Below, piece after piece: positions 58,909 through 64,000 of a stretch of 64,000 nucleotides of DNA (its first letter is position 1; the number at the start of each line of letters is the position of its first letter). This DNA is from an uncultured Actinomycetes bacterium. GTDB taxonomy: Bacteria > Actinomycetota > Thermoleophilia > Solirubrobacterales > Solirubrobacteraceae. Where the stretch lies: assembly GCA_963701495.1 (NCBI GenBank), contig CAVOZY010000002.1, forward strand, positions 10,651-74,650, in the 5' to 3' direction. Made by a program: the position numbers and the translations under genes. The notes beneath the pieces were generated by a model. It had not been told where the DNA came from. It saw only the letters and a list, made by a program, of their open reading frames with translations, and did not search any database.

Positions 58909-59398
58909 CTATCCCTGAAGCATGGAACCGAGCCAGACGATCAGGCCGGCGACGGCGACGCCCGCAAGCAGCCCCGCGAGCAGTCTGCCCGGTGCCGGGC
59001 GGTCGACCGGGCCGCGATCGTGCATCTCGACCGAAAGCAGCGTCTGCCGGGCGACGTCGGCACCCGAGGCCGGAACCAGCACGTCGCGAGCGCCCGCCGC
59101 CAGCATCTCGGGCACGTCGGCCCCGGCCGAGCGGCGAACGAGGCTGGGAATGCCCTCTTCGAGCAGGAGGTTGGCGATGAAGTCGGCTTCCGCCTGGTTG
59201 CGGCCAGTGGCCACCGTGACCGGCGAGCCTTCGCTGTATTGCGGCAGCACCTTGCGGGCCCGCTCCTGCCGCGCGCTGGGCATGTCCTCTGCGCTGCCGT
59301 GATAGGTCAGCGGCATGCCGCACTGGTCGCAGAAGCGCGCGTCGAGTCGTGTAGGTCGTCGCGCAGCGAGCGCAGATCAGCGGTTCGGGCTCAGCCAT
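58909..59398 (-). pseudogene. Zinc-ribbon / DUF2007-like / C-terminal TM protein. One frame break.
   Basis: ATG 59398 gives MAEPEPLICARCATTYTTR. The adjacent frame (ORF 58909..59316) continues LDARFCDQCGMPLTYHGS..., then VTVATGRNQAEADFIANLLLEEGIPSLV (GlnB-like DUF2007 pattern), and ends with the TM helix LLAGLLAGVAVAGLIVWLG. The break is near 59340. Confidence 0.5.
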
Positions 59399-59796
59399 CG
59401 GTCACCTCGATGGGGACCTCCGTGATGGTGCCGCCATCGATGAGGAAGCTGCGCGTCTCGCGCCTCCCCGTCGGCGACGAGGCCTACGATCAGCCACTCG
59501 ACCCCGGGCCATCCGGCGGCGAAGTTCACGTCGGTCTGCGACGGGTAGGGCGCCGAGCGCGTGTGTGAGTGATAGATCGCGCCGATCTCCTCCCCGCGGC
59601 CCTCGATCTCCGTCAGCAGGCGGTGAAGCTCCATCCCGTCCACCTCGAAGCGCAGCGGGCTCGCCGCGACGTTGGCGACGGCGTGCACGCTCGCTGCGAC
59701 ACCGTCGCGCGCGGCGATGACCCCACAGCACTCGTTCGGATGCTCGCGGCGGGCGTGCTCGACCACGGCTGACAGGAACTCCGCGGAGATGCGCAT
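59391..59796 (-). pseudogene. mec: JAMM/MPN+ metalloprotease (Mec-like) with one frame break near the 3' end
   Basis: ORF 59377..59796 has EHPNECCG (Glu) and AIYHSHTRSAPYPSQTD (HxHx7Sx2D). After ..LVADG the adjacent frame reads RRETRSFLIDGGTITEVPIEVTDG then stop (59393..59391), a typical end for this family. The break is near 59455 at a GGGG run. It overlaps the next ATG by 8 nt. Confidence 0.75.
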
Positions 59797-59828
59797 CGCC
59801 GCCGAGCGTACAGCGGCGACTGCGGCGA

Positions 59829-60020
59829 TCAGTCGGGCTTGGCCTTCAGGACCGGCTTCTCGTCGTCGTCGCCGTCGGCGGAGTCCCCGGTCAGCGAGTC
59901 CTTGAACTCACGCATTCCACGCCCCACCGAGCGTCCGACCTCGGGCAGCTTCTTGGGGCCGAGAACGATCAGCGCGATCACGAGGACGATCACGAGTTCC
60001 AGCGGACCGATGCTTGGCAT
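59829..60020 (-). CDS. tatA: Twin-arginine translocase subunit TatA/E
   Basis: The internal ATG 60020 of ORF 59829..60143 gives MPSIGPLELVIVLVIALIVLGPKKLPEVGRSVGRGMREFKDSL... Confidence 0.85.
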   Translation of the reverse strand: MPSIGPLELVIVLVIALIVLGPKKLPEVGRSVGRGMREFKDSLTGDSADGDDDEKPVLKAKPD

Positions 60021-60084
60021 ACGCCAAGGGTACGCGGTCCGCAGGCGCTCTACGACCGGGATCTGGACGTGTGTCGAAGCGGCT

Positions 60085-61059
60085 CTACCACCACACCGTG
60101 GAGTCGAGGTTCGCGACCTCGTCCACGGGCAGCGTGTAGACACCGCTCGACAGGTACTTCCAGCCGTCGTCGCATACGATGAAGACGACGTTGCCCTCGT
60201 CCATCTCGCCCGCGATGCGGTGCGCGATGCGCGCTATCGCACCGGACGACACGCCTGCGAACAGGCCTTCCTCGTCGAGCAGCTTGCGGGTCCAGATGAC
60301 CGCGTCGCGGTTCGTGACGAAGATCTTCCGGTCGAGCAGCGAGACATCGATGATCGGGGGAATGAAGCCGTCGTCGAGTGAGCGCAGGCCCTGGACGGGC
60401 TCGCCCTGCATCGGCTCGGCGGCGACGATCTTCACGCGGTCGCCGAGTTCCTCCTTGAAGCGCCGCGCGTGCCCCATCAGGGTTCCGCCGGTCCCGAGTC
60501 CGGCCACGAAGGCGTCGACCCGGCCGTCGAGCTCGTCGAGGATCTCGCGCGCCGTGCCGTCGTAGTGCGCGCGCGGGTTCGCCTGGTTCCCGTACTGGTA
60601 GGGCATGTAGTACGAGGCGTCCGAGGCCGCCATCTCGACGGCCATCGCGACCGCGCCGTTGGAGCCCTGGTCGCCCGGGCTGTAGACGATCTCCGCTCCG
60701 TACATGCGGAGCAGCTGGGTGCGCTCGGGTGTGACGTTGTCCGGCATCACGACCTTGAGCCGGTAGCCCTTGCGCGAGCAGATCATGGCGAGCGAGATGC
60801 CCGTGTTGCCGGAGGTCGGCTCGAGGATCGTCTGCCCGGGCCTGATGAGCCCGTGCTCCTCGGCGTCCTCGATCATCGCCTTCGCGACGCGGTCCTTGAC
60901 CGATCCGGTCGGGTTCTTCGATTCGAGCTTCGCCCAGATCCTCACGCCCGGCTTGGGCGACAGCCGTCGAAGCTCGACGAGCGGCGTATTGCCGATCGCC
61001 TCGACGATGTCCGTATAGCGGCCACCACAGGGCCGGCTGTCAAGCGGCGGTAGACCCAT
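60085..61059 (-). CDS. cysM: PLP-dependent cysteine synthase, CysM (thiocarboxylate-dependent) type
   Basis: 324-aa ORF with NPTGSVKDR (PLP Lys), TSGNTGISLA and GLGTGGTLMG. The C-terminal KYLSSGVY..VWW tail resembles mycobacterial CysM. The context includes a ThiS-like carrier and a JAMM protease. Confidence 0.85.
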   Translation of the reverse strand: MGLPPLDSRPCGGRYTDIVEAIGNTPLVELRRLSPKPGVRIWAKLESKNPTGSVKDRVAKAMIEDAEEHGLIRPGQTILEPTSGNTGISLAMICSRKGYRLKVVMPDNVTPERTQLLRMYGAEIVYSPGDQGSNGAVAMAVEMAASDASYYMPYQYGNQANPRAHYDGTAREILDELDGRVDAFVAGLGTGGTLMGHARRFKEELGDRVKIVAAEPMQGEPVQGLRSLDDGFIPPIIDVSLLDRKIFVTNRDAVIWTRKLLDEEGLFAGVSSGAIARIAHRIAGEMDEGNVVFIVCDDGWKYLSSGVYTLPVDEVANLDSTVWW

Positions 61060-61060
61060 G

Positions 61061-61077
61061 CTTCAGGAAATATAGCG
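61061..61077 (-). promoter_or_regulatory. AT-rich 17-nt motif (minus strand CGCTATATTTCCTGAAG) ending 1 nt before the cysM ATG; candidate -10 region of a leaderless promoter
   Basis: The + strand cttcaggaaatatagcg matches 16 of 17 positions of 63031..63047. TATATT ends 9 nt before the ATG. Confidence 0.45.
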
Positions 61078-61523
61078 AGCCGCGGGTCGCGGGATGCGGC
61101 CGTCGCGACGCTGGCCGAATGAGCATCGAGAACGCGCTGATCAGCTACCGCGACGCGTGGGTCGCGGCGACCTCGCGAAGATCGTCGACGTACCACGACG
61201 ACTTCGTCCAGCGCTCTCGGCGAGAGCCACTGGCCGGAACTAGGTCGGGAAGGAGGCGGCGCTCGGAGCGGCCAGGCCACGCCGAGCGCGCGAGCTCGTC
61301 GAGGTCTGGACGGCTCGTCGGCAAGACATCGGGGCACTCGATCGCCGCGAGCGCTCGGCCCGACCGCCGGGAAACCCGCGCGTCGTGCTCTACAGCATCC
61401 GCGACGGAAGCTCGCCGAATGCCGCCTCTACGACGAAGACCAGCGCTTCATCGACGAGTCTGGTCAAGCGAGTAGCGACGCGAGAGCGCCGAGGTGCGGC
61501 GAGGCGCCGTCGCGGCAGGCGGC

Positions 61524-61799
61524 CTACCGGCCGCCTGCCATGGCCGGCAGGATGACGAGCGAGTCCCCGGCCCCCACGGGCGTCTCGAGCCCGTCGAGCA
61601 CACGCACGTCCTCGTCGTTGAGGTAGACGTTGACGTAGCGGTTGAGGTCGCCGTCGGCGCCGAACAGCTGCGCCTTGGTCTCGGGGTGGGCCTGCGCGAG
61701 GTTGTTGAGCACCTCGCCGACGTCGGCGCCGTCGGCGTTCACCTCGCGCTCGCCGCCGACGGACGGGCGCAGGACGGGGGGAATTCGGATCGTTGCCAT
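61524..61799 (-). CDS. cysO: ThiS/MoaD-fold sulfur-carrier protein (CysO-like) ending GG-Arg
   Basis: 91-aa ORF MATIRIPPVLRPSVGGEREV...GDSLVILPAMAGGR. It has the size and beta-grasp pattern of a sulfur carrier and lies 12 nt after the E1-like gene. Confidence 0.75.
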   Translation of the reverse strand: MATIRIPPVLRPSVGGEREVNADGADVGEVLNNLAQAHPETKAQLFGADGDLNRYVNVYLNDEDVRVLDGLETPVGAGDSLVILPAMAGGR

Positions 61800-61811
61800 C
61801 GGCGCGTGACC

Positions 61812-62996
61812 CTACCCAGCGGCGGCGCAGAACGCCTCGTAGTCAGGAAAGACGCCCATCTCGTCGCCCGTGATCTCACCGGGTTCGCGAGAGCAGATCG
61901 GGCACTCGGGATCGCGACGGACCTTGAGCTCGGTGAAGGTCGCACCGAGCGCGTCGTACATCAGCAGGCGGCCGATCAGCGGGTCGCCGACGCCGAGGAT
62001 CAGCTTCGCGACCTCCGTCGCCTGAAGCATGCCCATCGTGCCGGGCAGCACTCCGAGGACCCCGTTGGCGCCGCAGGACGGCGCCAGCTCTGCCGGCGGG
62101 GGTTGACGGAAGAGGCAGCGGTAGCAGGGACCGTCGTGCGGCTTGAAGACACTGAGCTGGCCCTCGAAGCCGAGGATCGCGGCCGAGACGACCGGGATCC
62201 CGAGGCGCACGGTGGCGTCGTTGAGCAGATAGCGCGTCGGGAAGTTGTCGACACCGTCGACGATGATGTCCCAGCCCTCGATGATCTCCATGATGTTGGA
62301 GGCGTCGAGGCGAGTCTGGTACTTGACGACGGTCACGTCGGGGTTGAGGTCCTTGATCGTCTGTTCCGCGGAGTCGACTTTCGGAACGCCGACCCTGCTC
62401 GTCGAGTGGATGACCTGGCGCTGGAGGTTGGTGACGTCGACGACGTCGTCGTCGACGATCCCGAGGGTTCCGACGCCGGCTGCGGCGAGATACAGCGCAG
62501 TCGGCGAGCCGAGGCCACCCGCGCCGAGCAGCAGGACCTTGGCGTCGAGCAGTTTCTGCTGGCCGTCGGGTCCGACCTCGGGGAGCAGCAGGTGACGGCT
62601 GTAGCGCTGACGCTGATCGGCGCTCAGGGTGCGCGGCACCTCGACCTCGTAGCCGCGGTCCTTCCAGAGGGTGATGCCGCCGGTCATCGACTCGACGCGC
62701 TCGAAGCCGAGGTCCTCGACCAGGGTCCTGGCGGCGAGCGCGGACCGGTTGCCGGAGGCGCAATAGAGGATCACCCGCTGCGAGCGGTCCGGCACCACCC
62801 CATCGATGCGTGACTCAAGGAAGCCGCGGGCGACATGGACGGCGCCGGGAAGCTTTCCCTGCTCGACCTCGTCGCTCTCGCGCACGTCGATGACGGGGAT
62901 GCCCTCGCCGAGGACCTGAGCCACCTCAGACGGGTCGACCTCATCGATCTGGTCCTTGACGCGGCGCAGGAACTCAGAGCCGGAGACGCTGCTCAC
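61812..62996 (-). CDS. Rhodanese-domain / ThiF-MoeB-type E1-like adenylyltransferase fusion, with rhodanese at the N-terminus
   Basis: 394-aa ORF. Residues ~20-125 are rhodanese-like (VIDVRESDEVEQGKLPGAVH, active-site loop YCASGNRS). They are followed by RYSRHLLLPEVG..VLLLGAGGLGSPTALYLAAAGVGTLGIVDDDVVDVTNLQRQ and the Zn motifs CYRC / CPIC. Confidence 0.8.
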   Translation of the reverse strand: MSSVSGSEFLRRVKDQIDEVDPSEVAQVLGEGIPVIDVRESDEVEQGKLPGAVHVARGFLESRIDGVVPDRSQRVILYCASGNRSALAARTLVEDLGFERVESMTGGITLWKDRGYEVEVPRTLSADQRQRYSRHLLLPEVGPDGQQKLLDAKVLLLGAGGLGSPTALYLAAAGVGTLGIVDDDVVDVTNLQRQVIHSTSRVGVPKVDSAEQTIKDLNPDVTVVKYQTRLDASNIMEIIEGWDIIVDGVDNFPTRYLLNDATVRLGIPVVSAAILGFEGQLSVFKPHDGPCYRCLFRQPPPAELAPSCGANGVLGVLPGTMGMLQATEVAKLILGVGDPLIGRLLMYDALGATFTELKVRRDPECPICSREPGEITGDEMGVFPDYEAFCAAAG

Positions 62997-63030
62997 GGTG
63001 AAACCACCTGATCTTGATCGGGATTCATCA

Positions 63031-63047
63031 CTTCAGGAAGTATAGCG
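63031..63047 (-). promoter_or_regulatory. Second copy of the 17-nt motif (minus strand CGCTATACTTCCTGAAG), 2 nt before an ATG that opens an 11-codon upstream ORF overlapping the E1 gene start
   Basis: The + strand reads cttcaggaagtatagcg. On the minus strand it is followed by tg ATG AAT CCC GAT CAA GAT CAG GTG GTT TCA CCG TGA, whose TGA overlaps the GTG start at 62996. Confidence 0.45.
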
Positions 63048-63112
63048 CTGGTCGCGCGCACCGTGGTGCGGCGGCGCGTGCCGCGCCCACGCGGCGAACG
63101 CGCTCCAACACG

Positions 63113-63147
63113 AGAGAGCGCCCTTCCGCGGCGGAAGGGCGCTCTCT
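63113..63147. other. Perfect 15-bp inverted repeat with a 5-nt loop in a divergent intergenic region
   Basis: The sequence is agagagcgcccttcc gcggc ggaagggcgctctct. It lies between the E1-like gene (start 62996, minus) and the histidine kinase (start 63251, plus). Confidence 0.6.
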
Positions 63148-63250
63148 GGTCTGTCGGAGGCACCGGCGCCGAAGGAGGAACGGCGCCGAGAGGATTGATC
63201 ACAAGGGGTATCGGCGGCGGCCCGGCCCGCCGATATGGGGTCCAGACCCC

Positions 63251-64000
63251 ATGTCGCCGCACCTTCCCGAGAACACCGGCAGCGCACGTCGCTCGCGCCC
63301 ATCGTTGATGGCGCAGGTCCTCGCCGTCAACGCCGCGCTGATCACCGCCACCGTGCTGACGGCCGCCCTTCTGGTCAGGATGCAGATCTCCGTCGGAGAG
63401 GACCAGCGCCACCTGCTGCTGCTGACAGCCGCACTGCTGGCCACGGTGCTCGTCAACGGACTGGTGCTGCGACGCCGCTTCGAGCCACTGGAGCGACTGG
63501 TCGGCGCGATGGAGTCCGTTGACTTCCAGCGTCCAGGTGGCAGGCCGCAGCTTCCGGCGGGAGAGAGCGACGAGGTGGTGCGCCTGCACCATGCGTTCGA
63601 CCGGATGCTCGACCGGCTGCAGGCCGAGCGCGCTCACGCCTCGGCCGCCGTCATGCGAGCACAGGAGGCCGAACGCACGCGGATCGCCCGCGACCTCCAC
63701 GATGAGGCCAATCAGGCGCTTACCGGAGTGCTCCTTCGCCTCCAGGCGACCGCCCAGCGAGCACCCGAGGAGTTGCGGGACGAGCTGCGGGAGACCCGGC
63801 AGGCGGCCACCCAGGCGATCGAGGAACTGCTTCGGATCGCGCGTGAGCTGCGTCCCGCCGCGCTCGACGACCATGGACTCGCCGCCGCCCTGCGCACCAA
63901 GGTCGGGGACTTCGAGCGCCAGACAGGCGTGCCTGCAAACCTTGAGCTCGAGGCGAGCGACATCATCGCGCTCGGTCCGGAGCAGCAGATCGCGGTCTAC
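63251..64000 (+). CDS. Sensor histidine kinase, HisKA_3 (NarL/LuxR-partner) type; partial, runs off the window
   Basis: My translation from ATG 63251 gives MSPHLPENTGSARRSRPSLMAQVLAVNAALITATVLTAALLV (TM1), a second TM helix, a HAMP-like segment (ESDEVVRLHHAFDRMLDRL) and the H-box EAERTRIARDLHDEANQ. There is no stop before 64000. Confidence 0.8.
   Translation, partial: MSPHLPENTGSARRSRPSLMAQVLAVNAALITATVLTAALLVRMQISVGEDQRHLLLLTAALLATVLVNGLVLRRRFEPLERLVGAMESVDFQRPGGRPQLPAGESDEVVRLHHAFDRMLDRLQAERAHASAAVMRAQEAERTRIARDLHDEANQALTGVLLRLQATAQRAPEELRDELRETRQAATQAIEELLRIARELRPAALDDHGLAAALRTKVGDFERQTGVPANLELEASDIIALGPEQQIAVY

Noticed and set aside
61119-61475. 118-aa plus-strand ORF as a toxin or antitoxin gene inside the sulfur-carrier cluster
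   Set aside because: Most of the translation is Arg/Ser-rich and lacks any toxin-antitoxin family motif I can recognise. Only short patches in different frames look protein-like. I kept it as an unassigned spacer rather than calling a gene.
62993-63874. 293-aa ORF on the minus strand
   Set aside because: It lies antisense to a clear histidine kinase (H-box ERTRIARDLHDE) on the + strand. Only its last 11 codons (MNPDQDQVVSP) are discussed, as a possible upstream ORF.

Overview
This is a very GC-rich bacterial chromosomal window. Gene content (GuaB3-like IMPDH paralog, mec-cysO-cysM-type cluster, caa3/aa3 oxidase sets) suggests Actinomycetota, perhaps a Thermoleophilia/Rubrobacteria-like lineage, but that is inference only. 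I recognise about 70 protein-coding genes. By eye I found no rRNA, tRNA, CRISPR array, transposase or integrase. Layout: (1) 1-12.5 kb holds a secreted Ig-like repeat protein, a very basic secreted protein and an S8 protease beside a GAF-LuxR regulator. It also holds a VapBC-like pair, trxB, and a membrane trio (MprF-TM-like, PAP2_3-like, GT-C-like). (2) 13-24.7 kb holds a crotonase and two heme-copper oxidase gene sets. The first set is ctaC-ctaD-ctaB plus two small membrane ORFs. The second is a cytochrome c-fused subunit II, subunit I, an internally duplicated unknown protein, subunit III and a small membrane ORF. A cytochrome c-cupredoxin lipoprotein follows. (3) 29-49.7 kb is a long minus-strand housekeeping array with many 1-nt or 4-nt stop/start overlaps: cca, alr, CBS, nnr, acpS, glmS, glmM, rpsI, rplM, guaA, guaB3-like, pfkB-family kinase, DD-carboxypeptidase, LysM, pyrF, hup, CDF, rdgB, rph, murI and a Flp-like pilin. 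(4) 50-64 kb holds Zn-ribbon proteins, an HDAC-like enzyme, nadB, several unknowns (DUF1802-like, DUF1152-like), and a sulfur-carrier cluster (rhodanese-E1, ThiS/MoaD-like carrier, cysM, tatA, JAMM protease), then a partial histidine kinase. The dominant global property is about thirty reading-frame breaks plus one in-frame stop, spread over 21 genes that include rpsI, alr, pyrF, cca and trxB. These are either indel-type assembly errors or real decay, and I cannot tell which from sequence alone. The best local leads are: the sulfur-carrier/JAMM cluster with unusual architecture and a shared AT-rich 17-nt motif at two of its starts; perfect 39-bp tandem repeats that encode an acidic N-terminal extension of ribosomal protein S9; a tandem-domain unknown gene inside an oxidase operon; and a DUF1802-DUF1152-unknown operon. 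All family calls come from motif recognition by eye. No database search was run.
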